A stretch of DNA of 64,000 nucleotides from Leptonemataceae bacterium. Lineage in GTDB: Bacteria; Spirochaetota; Leptospiria; Leptospirales; Leptonemataceae. The notes under the pieces were generated by a model, which was not told the DNA's origin, searched no databases, and saw only the letters and a list, made by a program, of their open reading frames with translations. Position 1 is the first letter of the stretch, and every line of letters begins with the position of its first letter. This document shows, piece by piece, positions 29,568-39,743 of this stretch. Where the stretch lies: NCBI GenBank assembly GCA_965227295.1, contig OZ245742.1, positions 3,616,001 to 3,680,000 of the forward strand, in the 5' to 3' direction. Made by a program: the position numbers and the translations under genes.

Positions 29568-32500
29568 ATGGAAACCGTGAAGATCGCCGGCCTGGACGTC
29601 CCCCGTTACCACGAGGATCCGGGCTGGATTCCGGAGACAAAGCTCATCCTGACGCCCACCACCCGGCGCAATCTCCAGAAAATCCTCCATCCACTGATGC
29701 ACGGCTACAATCTGTTGCTCGTGGGGGACGCCGGCGTTGGTAAGAATGCTCTCATCTATTACATCAACCAACTGCGCCGTCATCCCACCGTGCGGTACTC
29801 CTTCAATGAAGACACTTTGCCCGAGGACCTGGTAGGCGCGTATCGCATCGATCCGACGTCTCACGGCTTTGTCTGGGCCGATGGGCCGCTGGCTCATGCC
29901 ATGCGTACCGGCTCTACCTTCGTGGCGGACGAGATGAACCTGGCTCCCCCCGAGGTCCTCAAACGTTTTTACTCGGTCTTCACGGATCGTATGCTTCAAA
30001 TCCTGGAAGGGGATTCGACGGAGATCCAGGCCGGGCCGGCCTTCAACTTCGTGGCGACTCAGAACCCGGCAGAGGGCTTTGAGGGCCGCAAGAATCTGCC
30101 GCGGGAAATTCAGAAGTACTTCGCCACGATTTACGTGGACCCGTATCCCCACGACGAACTGGTCGAGATTCTGCACGGCCTGTATCCGGGGCTCGCCCGG
30201 GACACGGTGGACGGACTCGTGAAAGCGAACGACGGCGTGGAACGCTTGATCCTGGATCGTAAGATCGGATCCGCGGACCTCGAGCGCTATCATTTCAACA
30301 TTCGGAACCTGGGGCGTCTGGCCAATCGCGTTAGCAACGCAAGCAGCGGAACGGCCCCGGCGGAACTGGACGATATCTACGTGCGACCTTTCCGCAAAGA
30401 CGAGGATCGCCGCGCGATTCACGAGAGCCTGAAAGAAAACCTGAACGACGCTAAGATCGATTGGCCGGAAGCTTATAAAGAAGACTCCGGTGAGGACATC
30501 GAACTCCACGTGAGTACCGCGGAACGGGCCGTGCGCGTGGGGCGGGCATTCATTGAATATCAGGGCGACGACACCGACGACATCGCCTATCGTTCGATGG
30601 TGCGTACGGCATTCGAGGATTTTCCGCCGGTGACCGCGGCGCGGCCGGTCCTGGAAGCCGTCGCCCGGGCCGTGGAGATGGGTGAGAACATCCTCCTCGA
30701 ATGCGAAGCGGACGTCGAGCCCGAGGACTACGTGCACTTCTTCAGTGAACTGGCGGGCAAGCGCCTGGCGGTGATTACGCTTTCCCGCGGCATGCATACG
30801 GCGGATGTTCTCGGCGGGCTCAAACCCTCGGGCGACGATCCGACGAAAGGCGGCGACGCCGTGCGTTGGGTGGACGGCCCGCTCACCGCCGCGGTCCGGC
30901 GCGGCGACTACGTGTTATTGAAAGGCCTGGAGGCCGCCGGCCCGGAGCTGGTGGAAAAACTGAACATGCTACTGGACGACGCCCGCGCACTGATGCTGCC
31001 GCCGGAGTCGGGCGAGACGGAGCCGCTCAAGCTAACTGACGATGCGCGCATCTTTGCGCAGAAGTTTTTTCGTTTGCAACGGAGCACGCCGTCCATCTCC
31101 CGGGCGTTCCGGAACCGCTTCTCGGCGATCGTCGTGGAACCGATTACCGAGGAGATGAGTCTGCGGGAGATTGTGCAGAGCCGGTTGGGCCTGGATCTGC
31201 TGGAAGATGAGCTGAACCCCGAGACGACGGGCAAGATCGTAAACAGCCTGGTGAAATTCCACGGGACGTTGCGCGAACAGTCCGCGAAGCGCGAGATCGG
31301 TTCCGGCAACATTCAGCCGTACCAGTTCGGTCTCACGAATTTGCGCCGCTGGTGTGAGCATGTGCGCGCTGGCCTCGGCGGTTTCGGCGAAAGCGGTGCG
31401 GCGAACCAGGACGGACTGCGCCAGGAACTCCAGCAATTGCTGTTGCGCGGCGCGGGGGTGGCGTACATCAACGAAATCTCGGACCCGCGCGAGCGGGACC
31501 GCGCGGCGCAGTTGCTCGATAACCTGCTGTCCGGGCTGCCCATCGAAGAGCTGCTGGAGGCGTTCCGGGCGGCCTCAAAAAAAAAAGAGATAAATCAGAA
31601 AAAGACTAACGTTCGCAAGATCTGGTGGGACCAGGACGAACACTTTCGTGAGGCGAACACCGGCAAGTTCAAGCCGAAGCTGGACGGCCGCGATCTCAAA
31701 CAGGGCATCAACATCGACACCCCCGAAACCGGCGGCAATCGCAAAGAAGGCGAGGACGCCTGGTATGGCTCCGACACCCAGGGCAATCAGGGCCAGGGCG
31801 AACCGGGAGCCGGGGGCGGGGCCTGGGGCTATCGCACCGAAGAGCTCTACAAGGAATTTCTGAAAAAACGCCGCGCGCTCTGGGACTACAACATCGGCGT
31901 TACGCTGAAGGATTTCAAAGAGACGTTTGAGGGCGAGATCAATCGCGTGACCATCGACTTCGATCGGCTGCTGGACCCGCAGGTGGACATCGATCGTCGG
32001 TACCTCTCGCAGGGTTCGCGAGTGGATGCCCGGCGCTATCTTTCGTATCTCTCCGGTCGCGGCGACGGCCGGGTCTTCGATAAAACGACGGTTTCCGTGG
32101 ATGAGGATCGCCTGAAAGGCGTGGAGATCATCTTCGCCGTAAACAAAGGCCGGCGCATGTTTAACTTCGAGTATTCGATCGCGACGCTCGTGTCGATCAT
32201 GAGTTGTTCGATCATTATGGACAATCATAAGTTGCCGTTCGGCGTGGTGGGCTACTCCGACCTGACGAACGCCAAGCGGGACATCGATCTCATGTGGTAC
32301 AAGCGCCTGGAAGAGGATTTTTCCCTGCCCGGTGAGGAACAATTGTTTCACGGCCTGGTCCGCGACTGGCACGGGGATACGGTGGCCGAGGCCCAGGTCC
32401 TGGAAGAACTCGGGGAATCGTTCACGGCCGAGGCGCGCACGCGGATCATCGTCATGGTTTCGGACTTTCGCGGCCCGCGCGGTAAGGTTACGATCGAAAA

Positions 32501-32726
32501 GGATTTATCCAGTCGCGAGACGACGATCCTCAAGCAGACGATCGACGATCTGACGAAGCGCGGTGTGATTCTGATGGGCGTCGGCACGGGCCCGCGCGCC
32601 ATCGCCGACGCGATCTTCCCGGAGTCCGTGCAGGTCGGCGGCGAGAACTTCGCGAACCTGCCGGCGCTCATGGCGGGGAGGGTGACGGAGCTGGTGCACA
32701 AGCATCACAACGCGGCGGTGCTGTAA
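29568..32726 (+). CDS. MoxR/dynein-related AAA-AAA-VWA fusion protein (midasin/VWA8-like architecture)
   Basis: AAA1 GDAGVGKN, WADGPL, ADEMN, ATQNP; degenerate AAA2 (WVDGPL, SRAFRNRF, no Walker A); Gly-rich linker; C-terminal VWA-like fold (GDT, VSD, GVG). Confidence 0.8.
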   Translation: METVKIAGLDVPRYHEDPGWIPETKLILTPTTRRNLQKILHPLMHGYNLLLVGDAGVGKNALIYYINQLRRHPTVRYSFNEDTLPEDLVGAYRIDPTSHGFVWADGPLAHAMRTGSTFVADEMNLAPPEVLKRFYSVFTDRMLQILEGDSTEIQAGPAFNFVATQNPAEGFEGRKNLPREIQKYFATIYVDPYPHDELVEILHGLYPGLARDTVDGLVKANDGVERLILDRKIGSADLERYHFNIRNLGRLANRVSNASSGTAPAELDDIYVRPFRKDEDRRAIHESLKENLNDAKIDWPEAYKEDSGEDIELHVSTAERAVRVGRAFIEYQGDDTDDIAYRSMVRTAFEDFPPVTAARPVLEAVARAVEMGENILLECEADVEPEDYVHFFSELAGKRLAVITLSRGMHTADVLGGLKPSGDDPTKGGDAVRWVDGPLTAAVRRGDYVLLKGLEAAGPELVEKLNMLLDDARALMLPPESGETEPLKLTDDARIFAQKFFRLQRSTPSISRAFRNRFSAIVVEPITEEMSLREIVQSRLGLDLLEDELNPETTGKIVNSLVKFHGTLREQSAKREIGSGNIQPYQFGLTNLRRWCEHVRAGLGGFGESGAANQDGLRQELQQLLLRGAGVAYINEISDPRERDRAAQLLDNLLSGLPIEELLEAFRAASKKKEINQKKTNVRKIWWDQDEHFREANTGKFKPKLDGRDLKQGINIDTPETGGNRKEGEDAWYGSDTQGNQGQGEPGAGGGAWGYRTEELYKEFLKKRRALWDYNIGVTLKDFKETFEGEINRVTIDFDRLLDPQVDIDRRYLSQGSRVDARRYLSYLSGRGDGRVFDKTTVSVDEDRLKGVEIIFAVNKGRRMFNFEYSIATLVSIMSCSIIMDNHKLPFGVVGYSDLTNAKRDIDLMWYKRLEEDFSLPGEEQLFHGLVRDWHGDTVAEAQVLEELGESFTAEARTRIIVMVSDFRGPRGKVTIEKDLSSRETTILKQTIDDLTKRGVILMGVGTGPRAIADAIFPESVQVGGENFANLPALMAGRVTELVHKHHNAAVL

Positions 32727-32736
32727 GAACTTTTGC

Positions 32737-32760
32737 CACAGAGGCACAGAGAGCACAGAG
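32737..32760 (+). repeat. Heptamer triad CACAGAG-G-CACAGAG-AG-CACAGAG
   Basis: Read directly; 20 nt upstream of repeat copy B. Confidence 0.85.
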
Positions 32761-32780
32761 GGTTTGCGGTGAGCTTGATT

Positions 32781-32895
32781 TTTCGCGCCAGGGATTGGAA
32801 GGGTCGCGCGTGAGCGCGAGTCTTTGCGTAGCAAAGACCGAAGGCGAAGCCGGAGCCCTGGAAAGCCCGACCGCCGCAACGCGGCGGGGGCGCCC
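32781..32895 (+). repeat. Structured intergenic repeat, copy B
   Basis: TTTCGCGCCAGGGATTGGAAGGG...CCCTGGAAAGCCCGA...GGCGCCC. Confidence 0.9.
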
Positions 32896-32979
32896 AAAAG
32901 ATGCTTATCCGTTTTACTATACGATGATTCCGCGCCGTTGACGAATGTCGGGCGCGTTTGCGCGATAGCAGAGCTGAGT

Positions 32980-33660
32980 ATGCCCAGGAAAAAGAAAGAC
33001 ATTAAAAATTCCAAAGACAAGGCCGCAAAGAAATCGAAGGACAAAGCCGCGAATAAGAAATCGAAGAAAGCTAAGTCCTGGGCGGATTATGTTAAGATTC
33101 ACGGCCAGGGCGAACTCAAGGCCTTTGTACACCCCGCCGCCACCGTGGAGGGGGATGTGGAACTCGGCGAGGGCTCGTCCATCTGGGCCGGGGCCGTCTT
33201 GCGCGGGGATCTGAACCGCATTGAGCTCGGACGTTTCGTGAACATCCAGGACAACACCACGTTGCACGTCGACGGCCGGTCGCCCATGAGCATCGGTGAT
33301 TATACTCTGGTGGGCCACAACGTTATGCTGCACGGTTGTGTGATCGGCCGGGGCGTTATGATCGGCATCGGCAGCATCGTGCTCGATCATGCCGAAATCG
33401 GTGACGGGGCCATGATTACGGCGGGTTGTTTGATTCGCGGCGGTAAGAAGATCCCGCCCCGGGCGCTCGTGGTGCAGAAGGGTGCCGAGCTCAAGATCAT
33501 CGAGAACGGGGCGAAGACCGATCTTACGGTGACCGGCTCGCTGGAGTACTTTGAGCTGGGGAAACGGTATCGGAAAGGTGTCGTGAAGAAACTGGAGCGT
33601 TCCGAAGAGCTGGAGATGCACACCCGGGCGAAAGCGATTATTGCGGAGCTGGGAATCTAA
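32980..33660 (+). CDS. Gamma carbonic anhydrase-like hexapeptide-repeat protein with Lys-rich N-tail
   Basis: VLRGD, NIQDNTTLH, VGHNVMLHGC (three Zn-ligand His). Confidence 0.9.
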   Translation: MPRKKKDIKNSKDKAAKKSKDKAANKKSKKAKSWADYVKIHGQGELKAFVHPAATVEGDVELGEGSSIWAGAVLRGDLNRIELGRFVNIQDNTTLHVDGRSPMSIGDYTLVGHNVMLHGCVIGRGVMIGIGSIVLDHAEIGDGAMITAGCLIRGGKKIPPRALVVQKGAELKIIENGAKTDLTVTGSLEYFELGKRYRKGVVKKLERSEELEMHTRAKAIIAELGI

Positions 33661-33665
33661 GATGC

Positions 33666-34004
33666 TTACGAGAGATACTGGCTCTCGAATTCTTCGGGCG
33701 TGACGATTTTGAAGAAGTTATCCAGCTTCGCCAGCCGAAAGACGTTGAGGATCATGGGCTTGAGGCCGAAGAGGATCATCTCGCCGCCGTAGTTTTTTAC
33801 TTTGTTCAACCCTTTGATCATGGAACCCATGCCCGAGGAGTCGATGAAGTTCACCGCGGTCATGTCCACGCCGACCTTCGCCGGGCGGTCGCCGATCATG
33901 TCTTCGAAGTTTTTTTCGAAGGTCTCGGACTGCTCGATATCGAATTTCCCTTCCAGTTTGAGTACAAGAAGGTCGTCGCCGTGCCTGGTCTTCGTTAGAT
34001 CCAC
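33666..34004 (-). CDS. STAS-domain anti-sigma factor antagonist
   Basis: LEGKFD, DMTAVNFIDSSGMG. Confidence 0.9.
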   Translation of the reverse strand: MDLTKTRHGDDLLVLKLEGKFDIEQSETFEKNFEDMIGDRPAKVGVDMTAVNFIDSSGMGSMIKGLNKVKNYGGEMILFGLKPMILNVFRLAKLDNFFKIVTPEEFESQYLS

Positions 34005-34058
34005 GGTGGCAACCTTGTATGATTTACAGTTTCAGTCAATCCATTTGAGCCGTGCCGT

Positions 34059-35108
34059 TCAATGAATGCGGCGACGCACGGCAAATTCCAGGCCGGCTTC
34101 TTTTGTGTTGATCCACACCGCCTGACTTCCGGCCAGGGCCACCACGAGCGCCTCGCTGGCGTAGCCGCCCTCGGCCTGCAGTTGTCCGCGGCTGTAGTAG
34201 CGATGGCCGTAGAATCGCAGCGAGATATCGTAGTCCTCGTTCAGGTGATACTCCGCGCCCAGATTCAACAGAAAGCCCTCGCCGCCGCCGTACTCCACAA
34301 TGAAGTTGATTCCCCGCTGGACGTGATGATCCCGCGCGTAGTTGTAACCGCTGACGAGTAGCAGATTCGCGTCGAATCGAAACTTGCCGGTGCGGAAGCG
34401 ATAGCCCGGACCCACGGGAAACTCCAGCACGGAATTCGCGAAGCTGTTGCCGAGGCCGATGGGGCCGTAGAGTAACAGGCTGCCCGTGCCGATCCACTGC
34501 ACCGCATCGTAGGTATTAAACTTGAAGTACGCGTAGCGCAGCGAGGCGCCGAGATACAGGCCGTCGTCCGCATCGCTCCGGGGCAGGCGTCCGGTTTGCC
34601 ATAGTTGTACGAGGGGACTCACGTAGAGTTTCAGCGAGGCTTCGAGATCGTAGTGTTGCATGTCCGTGCGCGCATAGGAGAGGGCGAAGTTCCGATTGCC
34701 GGAGAAGATCTCGGCGGAATCTCGAAAGGCCCACTTCGAAGTATCGAAACCGTTCTCGTGCTGGCTGGAATTGGACAGGGGCAGGACGAAGTCTTCGTTG
34801 TAGGTCGTGCCGGTGTCGACATACCGAAACGTCGTGCGATAACTAAAACCCGCGTCGATCAGAGAGCGCGAGAAGTCCAGGCGGAGCCCGTAGTAATCGA
34901 AGTTCCGCGGATACGTGAGTCGCGATCCGCCGGCGAAACCCGAAGCGTCCGGCGTGCGGCTGCCGGTTTCCAGGACGTGTTTGCCTTCGTTGCGGCCGTA
35001 GATGAGCCCGGCCCGAACGTCGACGGCATCCGCCAGGACGGCGGAAAATCCGCCGGAAAAAAGAATCGCTGAAAAACCCGCGACGAAGATTCTGGCGGTG
35101 CCTGGCAT
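34059..35108 (-). CDS. Putative outer-membrane beta-barrel (omptin-like fold)
   Basis: Signal peptide; amphipathic aromatic strands; SRLTY, NEDF and RDHHVQR reminiscent of omptins. Confidence 0.55.
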   Translation of the reverse strand: MPGTARIFVAGFSAILFSGGFSAVLADAVDVRAGLIYGRNEGKHVLETGSRTPDASGFAGGSRLTYPRNFDYYGLRLDFSRSLIDAGFSYRTTFRYVDTGTTYNEDFVLPLSNSSQHENGFDTSKWAFRDSAEIFSGNRNFALSYARTDMQHYDLEASLKLYVSPLVQLWQTGRLPRSDADDGLYLGASLRYAYFKFNTYDAVQWIGTGSLLLYGPIGLGNSFANSVLEFPVGPGYRFRTGKFRFDANLLLVSGYNYARDHHVQRGINFIVEYGGGEGFLLNLGAEYHLNEDYDISLRFYGHRYYSRGQLQAEGGYASEALVVALAGSQAVWINTKEAGLEFAVRRRIH

Positions 35109-35135
35109 TCCCACTATCCCTGAGCCCCCGGACGG

Positions 35136-35714
35136 ATGATCAACAAGATTCGCACCTATATTCGCTCGAATTTCTTTACGCTGGCCCTGCTCGTGCTGGT
35201 GCTTTCTTACCTGGCGTACCAACGCCTGCCTGCGTTCTTGAACGATCGCGAACTCATCGGCTCTGCGGCGCCGGATTTTACGCTGCCGGTGATGGCCGAG
35301 CGCGAAGGCGAGACCGACGGCGTGGTTACGTTAAGTGAACTTCGCGGCAAGAAGGTGCTGCTGAATTTCTGGGGGACCTGGTGCGGCCCCTGTGTTTCCG
35401 AGGTGCCGGCCCTCATCGAAATCACCGATGAACTGCGCGGTGCGAACTTTGTGATGCTGGCCATTACCGAAGAGAATCCCGGCGTGGTGCGCAGCTTTGC
35501 CCGCGAGAAGGGCATCAACTATCCCGTCGTCTTCGACAACGCCGCGCGCGTGCACCGGGACTATCGTGTGAATCTATTTCCGACGATGGTCTGGATCGAC
35601 GAACAGGGAAACGTCGAAAGCATCGGCCACGGTCTGGACTTTGTGTTGACATACAAGATTCGCGAGTGGGTCACGGGCAGTTACTTTGCTGAAAATGACG
35701 GAGGCGAATCGTGA
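35136..35714 (+). CDS. TlpA/ResA-family disulfide reductase
   Basis: N-terminal TM; APDFTL, LRGKKVLLNFWGTWCGPC, FPT. Confidence 0.92.
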   Translation: MINKIRTYIRSNFFTLALLVLVLSYLAYQRLPAFLNDRELIGSAAPDFTLPVMAEREGETDGVVTLSELRGKKVLLNFWGTWCGPCVSEVPALIEITDELRGANFVMLAITEENPGVVRSFAREKGINYPVVFDNAARVHRDYRVNLFPTMVWIDEQGNVESIGHGLDFVLTYKIREWVTGSYFAENDGGES

Positions 35715-37654
35715 GCAGTCCGGCTACCGAACATTCCAATCGTAAGATCGCCGTCGTGGACTTCGGCGGCCAGTACGCGCATTTGATCGCGTCACGGCTG
35801 CGCCGTTTGGGAGCTTACTCGGAAATCCGCAATCCCTCGGAGTTTACGGCGGCGATCGCGAAACGCGAGTACTCCGGCATCGTATTTTCCGGCGGCCCGG
35901 CTTCGGTGTACGCTCCGGGCGCTCCCGCGAGCCGGCCGGAATTGATCGAAGCGGGGTTACCGCTGCTCGGCATTTGTTACGGCCACCAGCTATTGATGCA
36001 CCAGGCCGGCGGGCGCGTCAGTCAATCGGCGAGCCAGGAGTTCGGTCCCGCGCGCCTGGGCTTAGCTGACACTCGCGGAATCTTTAGCGGAGAGGCCCCG
36101 AGTCATACGATAGACGGGCCGGTGGTCTGGATGTCTCACGGCGATGAGGTCCACGAGCTGCCGCCGGGATTCATTACCCTCGCGAGTACCGAGGACTGCC
36201 GTTTCGCCGCGGTGGGGGACCTGGATCGCAAGCTCTTCGGCCTGCAGTTTCATCCGGAAGTCAAAGAGAGCGAGCGCGGGGACGAGTATCTTAAAGCATT
36301 TATTAAGATCTGCGGCCTGGAAGGTTCGTGGAGCCTGGGCGACTTCTTAAAGGACGAAGTGGAGAAGTTACGCGAGGACGTCGGCGAAAAGAAGATCTTT
36401 TTTCTGATTTCCGGGGGCGTCGACTCCACCGTGGCCTTCGCTTTGCTTGCGCGCGCTCTGCCCGCGGAACATCTGGTCGGCCTCTTCGTGGACACGGGGT
36501 TCATGCGCGATCGTGAGGGCGCCGAGGTCCGCGAGGCTCTGAACGCCGTGGGCGTGCAGTTGCACACCGCCGAGGCCGCGGAGCGTTACTTCGCGGAACT
36601 GAAAGACGTCTACGATCCCGAAGAAAAACGCCGCATCATCGGCGAGCTCTTTATTAACGTACAGGCAGATGAAGTCAGCCGTCTCGAATTGAACGCCGGG
36701 GAATGGTTTCTGGGCCAGGGCACGATCTATCCGGACACCATCGAATCCGGGGCAACCGACCACAGTCACAAGATCAAAACGCATCACAATCGTGTGGCCG
36801 CCGTGGAAGAACTCATTAAGAAAGGGCGCGTTGTCGAGCCCATCCGCGAACTCTACAAGGACGAGGTGCGGCGCCTGGGTTCGTTGCTCGGCCTGCCGGA
36901 CAGCATCGTGCTCCGCCATCCCTTCCCGGGCCCCGGTCTCGCCGTGCGTTGTTTGTGTCTGGAAAAACCGCCGGAGGACGGCGACGGCGAACGTGAGGCG
37001 GCCGCCGTCCTCGGGCCGCGCGTATCGCGTACTTCGGGCGACGGCGAAGCCGCGGCGATTCAAGAACGGCTGGATCGCGCCGGCGTTGCCGCGCTGCTCT
37101 TGCCGGTGTACTCCGTCGGCGTACAGGGCGATCAGCGCAGTTACGCCCGCTGCGCGGTTCTGTTTCCGGACACAGCCGCACGCATTTCAGCTCCGGCGGA
37201 TCTCGATGCCTGGAACGATGCGCTGGAAATCGCGCGGCGCATCCCCAATCGTTTTCGTTCGCTGAACCGCGTGCTCTATTGCGCGGCCCGGGCCGACGCG
37301 GGAACGACGTATCCCGAAATCCAGGCCCGCTTTCCAGTGGACCTCAGCCCGGAGCGCATCGAACTTCTGCGTCGGGCGGATCGCATCGTGCACGACTTTC
37401 AGATTGAGGCGCAGATCTACGGCGAGATCTGGCAGTTTCCGACGGTATTGGTACCGGCGGGTAACGGCGCGGGTTTGGGGGAGAGCATCGTGCTGCGCCC
37501 CATCACTTCGACGGACGCCATGACCGCCTCGGTGTATCGCATGCGTGAAGAGCATCTGCGCAGCCTGGCGGAGCGCCTTGTCGCGCTGGACGGCGTGGAC
37601 TTCGTGTTTTATGATTTAACGAGCAAGCCGCCGGGCACCATTGAATGGGAATGA
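35711..37654 (+). CDS. guaA: GMP synthase (glutamine-hydrolysing)
   Basis: [46 protein letters not shown]. Confidence 0.97.
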   Translation: MSSPATEHSNRKIAVVDFGGQYAHLIASRLRRLGAYSEIRNPSEFTAAIAKREYSGIVFSGGPASVYAPGAPASRPELIEAGLPLLGICYGHQLLMHQAGGRVSQSASQEFGPARLGLADTRGIFSGEAPSHTIDGPVVWMSHGDEVHELPPGFITLASTEDCRFAAVGDLDRKLFGLQFHPEVKESERGDEYLKAFIKICGLEGSWSLGDFLKDEVEKLREDVGEKKIFFLISGGVDSTVAFALLARALPAEHLVGLFVDTGFMRDREGAEVREALNAVGVQLHTAEAAERYFAELKDVYDPEEKRRIIGELFINVQADEVSRLELNAGEWFLGQGTIYPDTIESGATDHSHKIKTHHNRVAAVEELIKKGRVVEPIRELYKDEVRRLGSLLGLPDSIVLRHPFPGPGLAVRCLCLEKPPEDGDGEREAAAVLGPRVSRTSGDGEAAAIQERLDRAGVAALLLPVYSVGVQGDQRSYARCAVLFPDTAARISAPADLDAWNDALEIARRIPNRFRSLNRVLYCAARADAGTTYPEIQARFPVDLSPERIELLRRADRIVHDFQIEAQIYGEIWQFPTVLVPAGNGAGLGESIVLRPITSTDAMTASVYRMREEHLRSLAERLVALDGVDFVFYDLTSKPPGTIEWE

Positions 37655-37691
37655 GCCGGCGCAAGATACTAACTTTGCACAGGAACATGTT

Positions 37692-38156
37692 ATGAGTGAA
37701 AGACCGTTTCGGATTTTAGGATTGCAGCAGATCGCCGTGGGCGGCACGGACAAGAGTGCCCTCGCGAAGCTCTGGGTGGAACTCTTCGGCCTGAGCGTGC
37801 ACGACACCTACAAGAGCGAGAAAGAGAACGTCGACGAGGACATTCTGCGCCTGGGCAAGGGCCCGCACGCCGTCGAGGTGGACATCATGCAACCCATCGA
37901 TCCGGAGCAGAGCCCGAAAGTACACGTGCCGCCGTTGAATCACATCGGCCTGTGGGTGGACGATCTGGCCGCCTGTGTCGAGTACTTAACGAAAGCCGGA
38001 GTACGGTTTACACCGGGCGGCATCCGCAAGGGCGCGGCCGGTTACGACGTGACCTTTATTCATCCGAAAGGGAACGACGACGCCCCGGTGGGCGGCCAGG
38101 GCGTGCTGATCGAACTGGTGCAGGCCCCGGAAGACGTAATCCAGGCGCTGGGTTGA
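37692..38156 (+). CDS. VOC family protein (methylmalonyl-CoA epimerase-like)
   Basis: [29 protein letters not shown]. Confidence 0.88.
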   Translation: MSERPFRILGLQQIAVGGTDKSALAKLWVELFGLSVHDTYKSEKENVDEDILRLGKGPHAVEVDIMQPIDPEQSPKVHVPPLNHIGLWVDDLAACVEYLTKAGVRFTPGGIRKGAAGYDVTFIHPKGNDDAPVGGQGVLIELVQAPEDVIQALG

Positions 38157-38162
38157 GTTTGT

Positions 38163-38600
38163 ATGGCGGCGGAGCCGGAGTTGAACTTTGAAGAGGTCGC
38201 GAATCCATCGCCGGCCCTCCAGGAAGCGCTCTGGAATAACTTGCAAACTTTCAGCGATTCGAAGCTAAAGAACCCCGCTCTAGCACACACCGGCTCCGTG
38301 GCAGTCATTGCCCGGGAAGGGCAGCGCCTGGTCGCCGGCATGCTCGCCGTAATCTACGTCGGCGGCATGAACCTGCAATGCCTGTGGATCGACGAACCCC
38401 TGCGCGGCCACGGCCTGGGCAAACGCCTGCTCGACGCCGCCGAGGACATCGCGCGTCGGCATAAATGCAGCGTGATTTTCGGGCATTCTTTCGGATTCCA
38501 GGCGCCGGAGTTTTATCTGAGAGCCGGCTACGAGGAGTTCGGTTCCATTCCCGAATTCCCGCCGGGCTACGGCTGTATTTTTCTGCGCAAGCTGTTATGA
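38163..38600 (+). CDS. GNAT N-acetyltransferase
   Basis: LWIDEPLRGHGLG, SFGFQAPEFY..GY. Confidence 0.88.
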   Translation: MAAEPELNFEEVANPSPALQEALWNNLQTFSDSKLKNPALAHTGSVAVIAREGQRLVAGMLAVIYVGGMNLQCLWIDEPLRGHGLGKRLLDAAEDIARRHKCSVIFGHSFGFQAPEFYLRAGYEEFGSIPEFPPGYGCIFLRKLL

Positions 38601-39008
38601 TGTTCGCAGATAATCCCGCATGGCCTCATGCACGCCGTCCGGCCACGGCGTAAGTTTCTTTTCGTCGACATTAGCGGAGCCGTACAGAAAATCCATGTAG
38701 CAACGTTCTTCGCCGTTGCAAGTGGCTCGCAGGTGTATTTGGGCGTGGGTATCCCGCAGGCGTTTGACGTAGAGTTCGAAGTCCAGGACGTTGTTTAAGA
38801 ACGTGGGTTTGCGAAAGTGGGCGTCGATGTGCATGGCGGGCAGGCCGTGGCGCTCCTGAATGACCAGGCGATGGAAGCTGTAGCCGATGTGCGCCCACCA
38901 ATCTTCCAGTACCTCCACGAAGAGATTGAAGTACTGCGGCGTAAAGACGATGCCGCCGGGATCGCAGTGCTGGAAGCGGACGAGTTTCTGAGTCGTGAAC
39001 GTTTTCAA
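38595..39008 (-). CDS. 4HBT-type acyl-CoA thioesterase
   Basis: VRFQHCDPGGIVF; TTG start at 39008 (upstream part of the track ORF overlaps the next gene). Confidence 0.85.
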   Translation of the reverse strand: MKTFTTQKLVRFQHCDPGGIVFTPQYFNLFVEVLEDWWAHIGYSFHRLVIQERHGLPAMHIDAHFRKPTFLNNVLDFELYVKRLRDTHAQIHLRATCNGEERCYMDFLYGSANVDEKKLTPWPDGVHEAMRDYLRTS

Positions 39009-39049
39009 AAGGCGAGCATCGTTCCGCTTTCGCGGGGCCGCAAGTACTT

Positions 39050-39640
39050 TCAATTCCGGCTGAACTTCGGTCGCCGCACGGCAAATCCCAGGATCAGCTT
39101 TGTCAGGAAGAGCGGGGCCAGGGCGTGGAGCGCGATGGGCTCCGGCGCGAATATGGTTCCGGCGCAGATGCCGCAGACCAGCAGGGCCGCGCCCAGGTTT
39201 TGCTGGAGTTCCGGATCGTTCACGGAGTTGACGAGGAAGGCAGCCGCGAGGGCGAAGACGCCGACGTACGCGAAGTAGGCCCACTGCTCCGGGAAGAGGA
39301 GTGTAAACAACGCCGGCTGCAAAACGTGCAGCAACAGAAAGCCGATGCGTCGACCATTCGCGCGCTGATAGTACTGATTTGTGGAACTGGAGAGATTCGC
39401 CGTGACGCCGCCGATGATGTCGACCAGCAGCACGGCGAGCAAAGCGGACTTCCAGAGCGGGAGCGGATACGGATACAGGGCGATGAAGAACAACACGGTG
39501 CCGGCCAGGGCGGAGGCGTAGACCAGGAGGATTTGCGAAAGGGGCGCGGTTTCGCCGTGCAGTTCGTGCAGGAATTTCGGGATTCGGATGTCGTTCACAG
39601 TTGAGGATGATAGCACGGTCGCGACGACATGCAATGACAT
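39050..39640 (-). CDS. Membrane protein of unknown function
   Basis: About 6 TM helices; HELHG, DIIGGVTAN; start uncertain. Confidence 0.7.
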   Translation of the reverse strand: MSLHVVATVLSSSTVNDIRIPKFLHELHGETAPLSQILLVYASALAGTVLFFIALYPYPLPLWKSALLAVLLVDIIGGVTANLSSSTNQYYQRANGRRIGFLLLHVLQPALFTLLFPEQWAYFAYVGVFALAAAFLVNSVNDPELQQNLGAALLVCGICAGTIFAPEPIALHALAPLFLTKLILGFAVRRPKFSRN

Positions 39641-39743
39641 CCGTCAATTCCGGCCGCTGCCCCCGCCGCTCCGCGAAATATGTTGAAGCGTCAGCTCCCC
39701 GTAATACTGTCTCCCGATCGGCTGTGGAACAAGGACCCTTTTT

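Noticed and set aside
38595..39647. 350-aa ORF as one fusion protein
   Set aside because: Only the last 137 codons are thioesterase; the rest overlaps the membrane-protein gene in another frame.
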